Source of the DNA: Bacteroidia bacterium
Lineage (GTDB): Bacteria; Bacteroidota; Bacteroidia; 2-12-FULL-35-15
NCBI GenBank assembly: GCA_049651825.1
Contig: JBASCV010000259.1
Span: 1 to 57,799 of the forward strand
Reading direction: 5' to 3'
DNA length: 57,799 bases
The stretch's first letter is position 1, and every line of letters starts with the position of its first letter. Of the stretch, positions 1 through 8,508 are shown piece after piece. The notes below the pieces were generated by a model. That model worked only from the letters and a program-made list of their open reading frames with translations. It did not search any database and had not been told where the DNA came from. The position numbers and the translations under genes are program-made.

Positions 1-60
1 ATGTTGCGGATGGTGTACTTTTTAAAGTAAGCGTAGAATTGTTACTTTAGAATAAAAAAA

Positions 61-480
61 TTAACAAATAAAGTTTTTCCAGGAATGGAATAAAACGTAT
101 AACGGAACGGATATTGGTTGTGGGCAGTTTTTGAAACTGTAGGTGTATACTAATGAAGAGGCTTGTTGTGTATATTTATATGCGGTAGAAATCCATGCAA
201 GTAGCAGTGCTTCGTTCTTGTTATCATCGTTTGTATCTTCTTCCTGTTCTTCAATTAAAACAATTGAATTTGTAGGGGTAGTAGAATCTGATTTTTTTTG
301 TTGAACAACTTTTTTATCAAAATGAAATTGTTCTTGATAATTGTTTTTAGGAGCATTGGGGCTGTTGAAGTTTATAGTGCCACTATAGGTAAACCCGGCA
401 CATAGCAATAGCATAAGCACTGCTAAATACCTTGGTAAAAACTTATAATATGCTACTATTTTTTTTAACATTCCGGACAT
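61..480 (-). CDS. hypothetical secreted or membrane-anchored protein
   Basis: 139-aa ORF with an N-terminal hydrophobic signal-like segment (YLAVLMLLLCAGF) and an acidic low-complexity middle. No recognisable family. Confidence 0.4.
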   Translation of the reverse strand: MSGMLKKIVAYYKFLPRYLAVLMLLLCAGFTYSGTINFNSPNAPKNNYQEQFHFDKKVVQQKKSDSTTPTNSIVLIEEQEEDTNDDNKNEALLLAWISTAYKYTQQASSLVYTYSFKNCPQPISVPLYVLFHSWKNFIC

Positions 481-735
481 CCTTTATGCAAAGATATTCT
501 ATTCAGTTATATAAAAAAAAGAAAAAATGTGTTTTTTAGGGAAAATTAACATTCTATTTTATTTAATGGTACGATTGATAAAATAGATAAAGAATAGAAT
601 TTTTGGTGCCTGTAGAATAATTTTTTATTTTTAATATTGAGCCTGTTTATACTAGATATGCAAGTTATTTATGAATTATCTTAAACTTAGTATACTTTAA
701 TAGTATAAGGGTGAGACTAAAATTATTTAAAAAAT

Positions 736-1182
736 ATGTTATCAACTTCTAATCATCAAATATTTAGTTCAAGAGTTATCAATGCACCATTAGAAAAAGT
801 GTATCAAGCATTTGCTAATCCAAAACATTTGCAGGTGTGGTGGGGGCCAGAAGGTTTTACCAATACCTTTCATGAATTTGATTTGCGTCCTGAAGGCAAG
901 TGGATACTTACCATGCATGGCCCAGAAAAAGGGAATTACGAAAATTCATCCGTATTTAAAATTGTTGAGCCCAATAAATTAGTTGCCTGGACACGCCTTT
1001 CGCAACCCTACTTTGATATGGAAGTTGGTTTTGAAAAAGTAAGTGATTCAAAAACAAAAATTTCGTTCACAATGATTTTTGAAACAGCTGAGGGCTGTGA
1101 AAAAATGAGACCTTTTGTAGAACCTAAAAATGAAGAAAATTTTGATAGGTTAGAGAGGGAGCTTTTGAATGTGGGGAAATGA
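736..1182 (+). CDS. SRPBCC / AHSA1-like (Activator of Hsp90 ATPase homolog 1-like) domain protein
   Basis: 148 aa. N-terminal R-VINAPLEKVYQAF-NPKHL--WWGP-GF motif and overall size are typical of the AHSA1/SRPBCC family. Confidence 0.75.
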   Translation: MLSTSNHQIFSSRVINAPLEKVYQAFANPKHLQVWWGPEGFTNTFHEFDLRPEGKWILTMHGPEKGNYENSSVFKIVEPNKLVAWTRLSQPYFDMEVGFEKVSDSKTKISFTMIFETAEGCEKMRPFVEPKNEENFDRLERELLNVGK

Positions 1183-1278
1183 GGGGATACCATTTTTCTC
1201 TTATACAAGACAATCAAAACGCCCTGATTACAACCTAATTGAAAACTCCAATGGTCATTCACTTAATAAAAAGCATTT

Positions 1279-1308
1279 AACTTTCTTTTGCTTATCCAAA
1301 AGAAAGTT
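1279..1308. terminator. perfect 11-bp stem hairpin in a convergent gene gap (possible bidirectional terminator)
   Basis: aactttctttt (1279-1289) pairs perfectly with aaaagaaagtt (1298-1308) around an 8-nt loop. It lies between the convergent SRPBCC gene and holA. No clean T-run follows. Confidence 0.3.
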
Positions 1309-1532
1309 ACAAAGAAAAAGACACCACGAAAACCAACTACAATTTTTTCTTTTCACACAAGTCCTACACACTTAGGTTGCCTGAAAAAATTGCAGTTCGC
1401 ACTTTTTGTGGAGGTCAGCCGCACGATGCTCATTATTAAATGAAATAAAGCTTCATGACTATAATTTCAGCACGACCCTAGCTTCTATATGTATTTCTTG
1501 ATAGCGGTTGATTATGAAAATTGTTGAAAAAA

Positions 1533-2597
1533 TTAGTGCAATATTTTAAACACCAATTCTTTCAGCAGTTCGCCTTCGGTGGCAGACCCTCTATCAACGC
1601 CTTTTGATTTTAAATCATATTCTCTAAGATAGCCAAATATGGCTTTTAGTTTATTGATAGAAAAGTTTTTGGCTGCACGTTCGTATTCGGCTACAAAAAA
1701 TGGATGAACCCCCAATTCGGATGCAACGTTTTTTGCCGATTTATCTTGTAAAAATTGATAGGTTAATAGTTTACAAAAATAGCTGTATAACGAAGAAACA
1801 GTCATTACCATTGGATTGTCTTTTTCGTTGGCAGCAAAGTAGTTAATGATACGATTTGCTTTTAACACTTCTTTTTTACCAATGGCTGTTTGTAATTCAA
1901 ATACATTGTAATCTTTACTAATACCAATGTTAGTTTGAACATGCTCAACCGTAATCTCTGATTTTGCGGGCAAATTAATCATTAGCTTATCCAACTCGTT
2001 GGATATTTTGCTAAGATTGGTCCCAAGGTATTCGGTTAGCAAAGCACTGGCTTTAGGGCTTATTTGATACTCTTTACCTTTTAAGTAATTATTTATCCAA
2101 TCAGGAACTTTGTTGTCGTATATTTTTTTCGATTCAAACAGTACAGCATTTTTGTCAATGGTTTTTGCTACTGTTGTTCGTTTATCAATGGTTTTGTATT
2201 TATAACAAATTACCAGAATGGTTGATTTTTGAGGATTTTCAATATAGGCCTCAAACGGATGTTTTGCTTTTTCTTTTGATTTGTCTTTTGTTTTTTCTCC
2301 GCCCTCCTTGTCTTTCCCTACTAAATCGCGTATGTTTTGAGCTTCTTTTACAATTATCACTTGGTATTCGCTCATCATCGGAAATCGTTTGGCGGCCCCA
2401 ATTACATCACTTGCTGTAATATCTCTACCATACAAAACGGTTTGGTTGAATTCTTTTTCTGATTCATCAAGCACATTTTGCTCAATATAATCAGAGATCA
2501 TATCAATGAAATAAGGCTCTTCGCCCATTAAAAAATAAACAGGACGATAGATTTTCTTTTTTAATTCAGAAATGATGTCGTTGAATTCCATGCTCAA
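1533..2597 (-). CDS. holA: DNA polymerase III subunit delta
   Basis: 354 aa. N-terminal PVYFLMGEEPYFID block and overall length and organisation match the HolA family. Confidence 0.85.
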   Translation of the reverse strand: MSMEFNDIISELKKKIYRPVYFLMGEEPYFIDMISDYIEQNVLDESEKEFNQTVLYGRDITASDVIGAAKRFPMMSEYQVIIVKEAQNIRDLVGKDKEGGEKTKDKSKEKAKHPFEAYIENPQKSTILVICYKYKTIDKRTTVAKTIDKNAVLFESKKIYDNKVPDWINNYLKGKEYQISPKASALLTEYLGTNLSKISNELDKLMINLPAKSEITVEHVQTNIGISKDYNVFELQTAIGKKEVLKANRIINYFAANEKDNPMVMTVSSLYSYFCKLLTYQFLQDKSAKNVASELGVHPFFVAEYERAAKNFSINKLKAIFGYLREYDLKSKGVDRGSATEGELLKELVFKILH

Positions 2598-2611
2598 TCA
2601 ATTAACGGTTG

Positions 2612-2650
2612 GCAATATTACAGTTTGCAAATTGCCAACTGTAATATTGC
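2612..2650. repeat. 39-bp near-perfect palindrome between the nucleosidase-like gene and holA
   Basis: 2612-2630 (gcaatattacagtttgcaa) pairs with 2632-2650 in 18 of 19 positions, centred on 2631. An alternative 9-bp hairpin, gttggcaat/attgccaac (2608-2616 / 2631-2639), overlaps it. Confidence 0.8.
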
Positions 2651-2659
2651 TAACTCTTT

Positions 2660-3433
2660 TTACTCAAACCTCAAATGTTTAACCGTTAAACCATTATTTA
2701 TAAGCTCATTCAATGAGTCAATGCCAATTTTTAAATGATCTTCAACAAAATTTTGCGTCACTTTTTTATCACTTTCAATTGTTTTAACTCCCTCAACAAT
2801 CATCGGTTGATCACTCACTAAAAGCAAAGCTCCAGTAGGTATTTGATTGTGAAATCCAGTGATAAAAATGGTAGCCGTTTCCATGTCGATTCCCATTACG
2901 CGAATTTTGCGTAAGTAGTCTTTAAATTCTTCATCGTGCTCCCAAACCCTCCTGTTGGTCGTATATACTGTTCCTGTCCAATAATCTTTATTGTGATTGC
3001 GTATAGTAGTAGAGATTGCCTTTTGCAAGCTAAACGCTGGCAATGCTGGCACCTCAGGCGGGAAATAGTCGTTTGAAGCACCTTCGCCACGTACTGCTGC
3101 AATTGGTAAAATCAAATCCCCCAATTCGTTTTTCTTTTTTAGTCCACCGCATTTTCCTAAAAACAATACTGCTTTTGGTTCAATGGCCGAAAGCAAATCC
3201 ATAATGGTTGCTGCGTTGGCGCTTCCCATGCTAAAGTTAATAATAGTAATGCCATTTGCTGTAGCATTTGGCATTGGCATATCTTGCCCGTCAATAGGCA
3301 CGCCATGCCAGTCGGCAAACATTTTTACATATTTACTAAAATTGGTAAGTAATATATATTTCCCGAATGCTTCTAGGGGAGTGCCAGTGTAGCGTGGCAA
3401 CCAGTTTTCTACAATTTCTTCTTTTGTTTTCAT
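2660..3433 (-). CDS. AMP nucleosidase-like nucleoside phosphorylase (PNP_UDP_1 superfamily, short form)
   Basis: 257 aa. Blocks GITIINFSMGSANAATIMDLL, FLGKCGGL and GIDMETATIF are typical of the phosphorylase/AMP-nucleosidase catalytic domain. Confidence 0.7.
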   Translation of the reverse strand: MKTKEEIVENWLPRYTGTPLEAFGKYILLTNFSKYVKMFADWHGVPIDGQDMPMPNATANGITIINFSMGSANAATIMDLLSAIEPKAVLFLGKCGGLKKKNELGDLILPIAAVRGEGASNDYFPPEVPALPAFSLQKAISTTIRNHNKDYWTGTVYTTNRRVWEHDEEFKDYLRKIRVMGIDMETATIFITGFHNQIPTGALLLVSDQPMIVEGVKTIESDKKVTQNFVEDHLKIGIDSLNELINNGLTVKHLRFE

Positions 3434-3714
3434 GGTAGGTTTAAATAGATGAACTTTTTTATTTTGTACAAAACGCAGTTCTAACTGCTAAGTTAGTAAT
3501 TAAACAGATATTGTTTGAAAAATTGTTTTTCACAAGAAACTATTAAAATTTCATTAGCAATTTTGTTATTGCAAACGCACAGTCTTCGACAGGCTCAGAC
3601 TGACCACGCACAAAGTCACATTGAGCTAGTAGAAATGTGAACGGTAGCAGGCATAACTATAGTTTTTTGAATAAAAATTGAATGTTTTTAACTATTTTTA
3701 CTTTTATGATTACC

Positions 3715-4155
3715 ATGCTTAATTTACCTGTTTATCAATTTAAGACTAAGGTAGAAGGTCAACGAACTTACATATTTGATACTATTCGCAAAAAATATTT
3801 GGTATTGACGCCTGAGGAATGGGTGCGTCAAAATTTTTTACAATATTTGATTCACGAAAAACAATTTCCTGCGTCACTTATTGCTATTGAAGCGGGATTG
3901 AAATACAACCAGTTGCAAAAACGATTGGATGTATTGGTATATGATAAGCAAGGTGCTCCGCATTTAATTGTAGAATGTAAAGCGCCCGAAATTAAAATAA
4001 CTCAAGAAGTTTTTGACCAAGTTGCTCGTTACAATTTTGTATTTAAAGCCAAATATTTGGTCGTTACAAATGGATTACAACATTTTTGTTGCGAAATGGA
4101 TTACAATGAAAATTCGTTTCGGTATATTGAACAAATACCTGTTTTTGGCGAGTAA
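3715..4155 (+). CDS. HsdR_N-like stand-alone PD-(D/E)XK domain protein
   Basis: LDVLVYD...HLIVECKAPE gives a D...E-x-K nuclease-fold motif, and LTPEEWVRQ is typical of the HSDR_N_2 family. The track ORF starts at 3682; the internal ATG at 3715 (MLNLPVYQF) fits the family N-terminus better. Confidence 0.65.
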   Translation: MLNLPVYQFKTKVEGQRTYIFDTIRKKYLVLTPEEWVRQNFLQYLIHEKQFPASLIAIEAGLKYNQLQKRLDVLVYDKQGAPHLIVECKAPEIKITQEVFDQVARYNFVFKAKYLVVTNGLQHFCCEMDYNENSFRYIEQIPVFGE

Positions 4156-4196
4156 CAAAGTAATTTGCTATTATTGATTAAAGAATTTTATACCCT

Positions 4197-5519
4197 ATGG
4201 AGTTAGAACAAAATAAACAGGAATTGAAAAAAGTGCTTACGCCACTTATGCTTTGGGGTTTGGGGGTTGGTTATGTTATTTCTGGGATGTATTTTGGTTG
4301 GAATCTTGGTTTAGAAAAGGGCGGCACCTTGGGCCTAGGTATTGCTGTGTTCTTTATTATGATTATGTATGTTACATTTTCGTTGTGCTATACGGAGCTT
4401 GCTTGCGCTATACCCAAAGCTGGCGGGGCTTTTGATTATACCACCAAAGCACTTGGTAAGCAATTTGGTTTTGTTGCGGGCATGGCGCAAATCATAGAGT
4501 TTGTGTTTGCTCCGCCTGCAATTGCATTTGGTATTGGAGCTTATTTTAATTTGCTTTTTCCTTCGTTGCCCATTATTGGCGTGGCTGTATTTTGTTATTT
4601 AATTTTTACGGCTTTAAATATTTTTGGTGTAAAAGCTTCAGCTTCTTTTGAGTTATTAATAACTATTATTGCAGTGGTGGAATTGCTTATTTTTTCGGGA
4701 TTTACGCTGCCACATTTTAAGTTCGAAAATTTGACTACAAATTCGTTTCCGAACGGTGTTGAAGGGGTATTCATGGCTATTCCATTTGCTATATGGTTCT
4801 TTCTTGGGCTCGAAGGGATTGCAAATGTGGCTGAAGAAACGATTAATCCACAAAAAAATATTACCATTGGTTTTGCAACGGCAATGATTACCTTGGTAAT
4901 ACTAGCAAGCCTTACTTTTTCTTCGGCAGTGGGTGTTGCTGGATGGGAAGCGGTTGTATATGATGCTTCCGGAAAAATTTCCGACTCGCCACTTCCTCTG
5001 GCTATTAAGCACATTCCAGCCATGAGCGATGTGTTTTTTCATTTGTTAGTGTGGATTGGTTTGTTTGGTTTTGTTGCCTCTTTTAATGGATTGTTGTTGG
5101 CTGCAGGTAGAGCAACCTATGAATTTGGAAAATCGGGCAATGCGCCTTCTTTGTTGGGTAAGGTTCATTCAAAATTTAATACTCCTGCACTGGCGCTTAT
5201 TTTTAATATGCTTATAGGTATCATCGCTTTGTTTTCGGGCAAAACCGGTGAAATAATTACCATTGCTACCTTTGGAGCATTGTCGCTTTATATTTTGGCA
5301 TCAGTATCGTATTTTGTACTAAAGATAAATGCGCCAGAATTGGAGAGGCCCTTTAAAGCCCCATTTTATCCACTATCGCCTGCATTGGCTTTGCTTATTG
5401 CCTTTGTTTCGCTTGTAGCAATGACTTATTATAACTCCCTATTAGCACTTATTTATTTTGGATTATTAGCAGCAGCATTTGTTGCTTATAAGCTTTTTTA
5501 TAAAAAATCAAATATATAA
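4197..5519 (+). CDS. eat: APC-family amino acid permease, ethanolamine permease-like
   Basis: 440 aa with about 12 hydrophobic segments. Motifs LWGLGVGYVISGMYFGWNLGL, YTELACAIPKAGGAFDY and EFVFAPPAIAFGIGAY resemble the ethanolamine permease (EAT) subfamily. Confidence 0.7.
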   Translation: MELEQNKQELKKVLTPLMLWGLGVGYVISGMYFGWNLGLEKGGTLGLGIAVFFIMIMYVTFSLCYTELACAIPKAGGAFDYTTKALGKQFGFVAGMAQIIEFVFAPPAIAFGIGAYFNLLFPSLPIIGVAVFCYLIFTALNIFGVKASASFELLITIIAVVELLIFSGFTLPHFKFENLTTNSFPNGVEGVFMAIPFAIWFFLGLEGIANVAEETINPQKNITIGFATAMITLVILASLTFSSAVGVAGWEAVVYDASGKISDSPLPLAIKHIPAMSDVFFHLLVWIGLFGFVASFNGLLLAAGRATYEFGKSGNAPSLLGKVHSKFNTPALALIFNMLIGIIALFSGKTGEIITIATFGALSLYILASVSYFVLKINAPELERPFKAPFYPLSPALALLIAFVSLVAMTYYNSLLALIYFGLLAAAFVAYKLFYKKSNI

Positions 5520-5543
5520 ATCCTTTATAATACCTATAAAGCC

Positions 5544-6890
5544 ATGACAGAAAAACAAATTATCGACTACGTAAAAAAACACCCTTCAGGAAAAGTAAAA
5601 CTCGCAATAACTGATATCGATGGAGTTTTAAGGGGAAAATACATTAGTGCCGAAAAATTTTTATCGGTGGTTTCGGGAAACATTGGCTTTTGTGATGTAG
5701 TGTTTGGTTGGGATTCAAACGATGTTGCTTATGATAATGTAAAGTTTACCGGCTGGCACACGGGATATCCCGATACTCCTGCACGCCTTGATTTATCAAC
5801 CTTTAGAAAAATTCCCTGGGAAAACGACATTCCGTTTTTTCTCTGCGAATTAATAGGCGAACCTGCCTATGTGTGCCCTCGTAATTTGTTGCAACAAGTG
5901 ATAGGTAGAGCCGAAAAAAGTGGCTATACGCCTTATTTTAGTCAGGAATTTGAATGGTTTAATTTTGAAGAAACGCCACAAAGTGTAAACGATAAAAAAC
6001 ACAGCGGTCTTCAACACTTAAGCCCTGGTATGTTTGGCTATTCAATACTGAGAAGCACTTTACGTAACGATTTTTTTACAGCTTTGTTCGACCAATTAGG
6101 CAAATTTGATATTCCGCTCGAAGGTTTGCATACCGAAACGGGCCCTGGTGTGTATGAAGCCGCAATTGCCTATTCTACCATTTTAAAATCGGCCGACCGT
6201 GCAGTGTTGTTTAAAACAGGAGTAAAAGAAATTGCCTATAAACATGGTATTATGGCTACGTTTATGGCAAAGTGGAGCGAAAATTTACCTGGTTGTAGTG
6301 GCCACGTACATCAAAGTTTGTGGGATAAAAGCAGTAAAACCAATTTGTTTTATTCCGAAAAAGACAAAAACAAAATGAGCGAAACGTTCAAAAGCTATAT
6401 TGCTGGGCAGTTGTATTGTTTGCCTTATATATTGCCAATGTTTGCTCCAACCATTAATTCATACAAACGTTTGGTAGAGGGTGCTTGGGCGCCAACAACC
6501 CTTACTTGGGCTGTAGATAACCGCACGGTTGCATTGCGTGCATTGCCTTTGGGAGCTAAATCGGCAAGGGTTGAAACCCGTGTTGTGGGCTCGGATTCAA
6601 ACCCTTATTTGGCTATGGCGGCTTGTTTGGCAAGTGGGTTGTATGGAATAAAAAATAAAATGAAACTTCAGGATGCTACCATTGGTAATGGTTATCGCGA
6701 TACATCGCATGGTGTGTTGCCATCTAACCTTTGGAATGCTACTCAGGAAATGAAAAATTCGGCTGTAGCAAAAGAATTGTTTGGCGAAAAATTTGTGGAA
6801 CATTACACCAAAACGCGCGAATGGGAATGGCGTCAGTATAGTAAAGTGGTTACTGATTGGGAATTGAAAAGGTATTTTGAGATTATTTAG
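5544..6890 (+). CDS. glutamine synthetase family protein (gamma-glutamyl-amine synthetase-like)
   Basis: 448 aa. It has an N-terminal beta-grasp-like region and a catalytic region (HTETGPGVYE, GCSGHVHQSLW, NSYKRL, RVETRV) typical of GS type I-like enzymes of the PuuA/GlnA4 kind. Confidence 0.8.
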   Translation: MTEKQIIDYVKKHPSGKVKLAITDIDGVLRGKYISAEKFLSVVSGNIGFCDVVFGWDSNDVAYDNVKFTGWHTGYPDTPARLDLSTFRKIPWENDIPFFLCELIGEPAYVCPRNLLQQVIGRAEKSGYTPYFSQEFEWFNFEETPQSVNDKKHSGLQHLSPGMFGYSILRSTLRNDFFTALFDQLGKFDIPLEGLHTETGPGVYEAAIAYSTILKSADRAVLFKTGVKEIAYKHGIMATFMAKWSENLPGCSGHVHQSLWDKSSKTNLFYSEKDKNKMSETFKSYIAGQLYCLPYILPMFAPTINSYKRLVEGAWAPTTLTWAVDNRTVALRALPLGAKSARVETRVVGSDSNPYLAMAACLASGLYGIKNKMKLQDATIGNGYRDTSHGVLPSNLWNATQEMKNSAVAKELFGEKFVEHYTKTREWEWRQYSKVVTDWELKRYFEII

Positions 6891-6926
6891 CACGTTTTGT
6901 TGAACAAAGTAACAATTTTGTTAAAA

Positions 6927-6946
6927 AATTCACTTTTTTGTGAATT
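6927..6946 (+). terminator. hairpin after the GS-like gene; possible terminator and/or operator in front of higB
   Basis: aattcac (6927-6933) pairs with gtgaatt (6940-6946) around a 6-T loop, followed by atttt. It sits 30 nt upstream of the higB ATG. Confidence 0.35.
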
Positions 6947-6976
6947 ATTTTGTATAATTGTACCCTACTTCGATAT

Positions 6977-7294
6977 ATGGATTTAGAATTTAATAGCACA
7001 GATCTTATAGGCCTCTATCAAGGAAAAAAGGTTAAGAACAAACTTTATAAGTCAAATCCTACACTTGTTAAACAATTCATTAAAACGATTAAGTTTTTAG
7101 AACAAGTGAAAAAAATTGAAGATTTGTTGCAATTAAAGGGATTGCATTACGAAAAGCTAACTAAAGACAGGGTTGGTCAAAGCTCTGTTAGAATAAATGA
7201 CCAGTACCGTTTAATTTTTATAGAAAATTATAATGAAGAAAATCCGCCAAAGGTTGTGCTGTTGCAAATAGAAGAAATAATAGATTATCACTGA
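6977..7294 (+). CDS. higB: HigB-like RelE-superfamily toxin (plasmid maintenance system killer protein family)
   Basis: C-terminal SVRINDQYRLIF...IEEIIDYH matches the HigB-like toxin signature (SIRINDQWRICF...DYH). The track ORF starts at 6950; the ATG at 6977 gives a typical length of about 105 aa. Confidence 0.8.
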   Translation: MDLEFNSTDLIGLYQGKKVKNKLYKSNPTLVKQFIKTIKFLEQVKKIEDLLQLKGLHYEKLTKDRVGQSSVRINDQYRLIFIENYNEENPPKVVLLQIEEIIDYH

Positions 7295-7301
7295 TTAAAG
7301 A

Positions 7302-8402
7302 ATGGAAAACATGACGATTAATTCAAAAAATATAGTTCCTGCTTATGCTATTCATCCTGGGGAAATGTTAAAGGATGAGGTGGATGCTCGTGGTATTAAA
7401 CAGAAAGATTTTGCAAAACTTATTGGCTATAATACAACGCAATTAAACGAAATTATTAGGGGGAAACGCGACTTTAACGCAGATTTTGCTTTGAAGATTG
7501 GAAAGGCTTTAAATATAGATCCTGCATTTTGGATGGGATTACAGGCGCAATATGATTTAGATAAGGCGAGAATTGACGAAAAAAATAAAGCTCGACTAGA
7601 AGCGATTGGGGTTTGGGAAATGATGAATAATTACATTGCAACTACGTATCTAAAAAAAACTGGTTGGATTAGCGGCAATCCTATTGAAGATATTCCTAAA
7701 ATAAAAAGCCTGTATAATGTAAGTTCTATTGAAGAGTTTCCAGCACTCTATGCTAATGGACACTTTCGTAAATCGACTAAACTAGAAATAGATGTATTGA
7801 ATTTAGTTGCTTGGACAAAAATTGTTGCCTACAAAGCAAACTATGTTGAAGTGAAAAAATTTAATCATTTTAATCAAGAAATTCTTATTGCAAAGTTGAA
7901 AGAAATATTAAAAGATAATAAAAAAACACTTTTTAAAGTACAATCATTACTGCAAGAATATGGAATAAAATTAATCATTGAAGATAGGCCAGATAAATGT
8001 CCAATTGATGCGTATTCATTTTGGAGTAATGGAAAACCATGTATTGGTATGACATTAAGGCATAAAAGGATTGATAACTTTGCATTTAATTTATTTCACG
8101 AATTAGGTCATGTTTTTTTACATTTAACTAATGACAATACTGTAGATTTTATTGATTATGAAAACAATAACCAAAAGTATAAAAACAGTATTGAAGAGCG
8201 ACAAGCAAATGATTTTGCTACCAACCAATTAATTGAAGCAGAAGCATGGAGTTTATTTAAAAGAAAAGAAACAAGTTTTACAGATTCCGTAATTAAACAA
8301 TTTGCTATACAACAGAATGTTCATCCTGCTGTTGTTATTGGTCGCTTGGGGCATGAGTTAAACTATTACCCTAAGACAGCAATTAAAAAGGAGTTGATGT
8401 AA
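7302..8402 (+). CDS. higA: HigA-type XRE HTH antitoxin fused to an ImmA/IrrE (M78) zinc metallopeptidase domain
   Basis: The N-terminus IHPGEMLKDEVDARGIKQKDFAKLIGYNTTQLNEIIRGKRDFNADFALKIGKALNIDPAFWMGLQAQYDL matches the HigA antidote signature. The C-terminal part carries FNLFHELGHVFLH, the HExxH motif of the ImmA/IrrE family. It starts 7 nt after the higB stop. Confidence 0.8.
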   Translation: MENMTINSKNIVPAYAIHPGEMLKDEVDARGIKQKDFAKLIGYNTTQLNEIIRGKRDFNADFALKIGKALNIDPAFWMGLQAQYDLDKARIDEKNKARLEAIGVWEMMNNYIATTYLKKTGWISGNPIEDIPKIKSLYNVSSIEEFPALYANGHFRKSTKLEIDVLNLVAWTKIVAYKANYVEVKKFNHFNQEILIAKLKEILKDNKKTLFKVQSLLQEYGIKLIIEDRPDKCPIDAYSFWSNGKPCIGMTLRHKRIDNFAFNLFHELGHVFLHLTNDNTVDFIDYENNNQKYKNSIEERQANDFATNQLIEAEAWSLFKRKETSFTDSVIKQFAIQQNVHPAVVIGRLGHELNYYPKTAIKKELM

Positions 8403-8508
8403 GTATGTTATTATCAATATATTTTGTTTCATTCTGTTAAAGTCTATTGTGGTTGAAAATGTGTCGAGGCAGTGGTTTTGAGTGATTAAGTATAAATTTT
8501 ATTTTTAG

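Noticed and set aside
1-30. A possible 3' end of a plus-strand gene (atg ttg cgg atg gtg tac ttt tta aag taa) at the window edge.
   Set aside because: Only nine codons are visible, which is too short to support any call.
1169-1375. A 68-aa ORF in the SRPBCC-holA gap.
   Set aside because: It is low-complexity and Lys/Arg/Gln-rich, overlaps the end of the SRPBCC gene and spans the 1279-1308 hairpin. It has no family resemblance, so it is probably non-coding.
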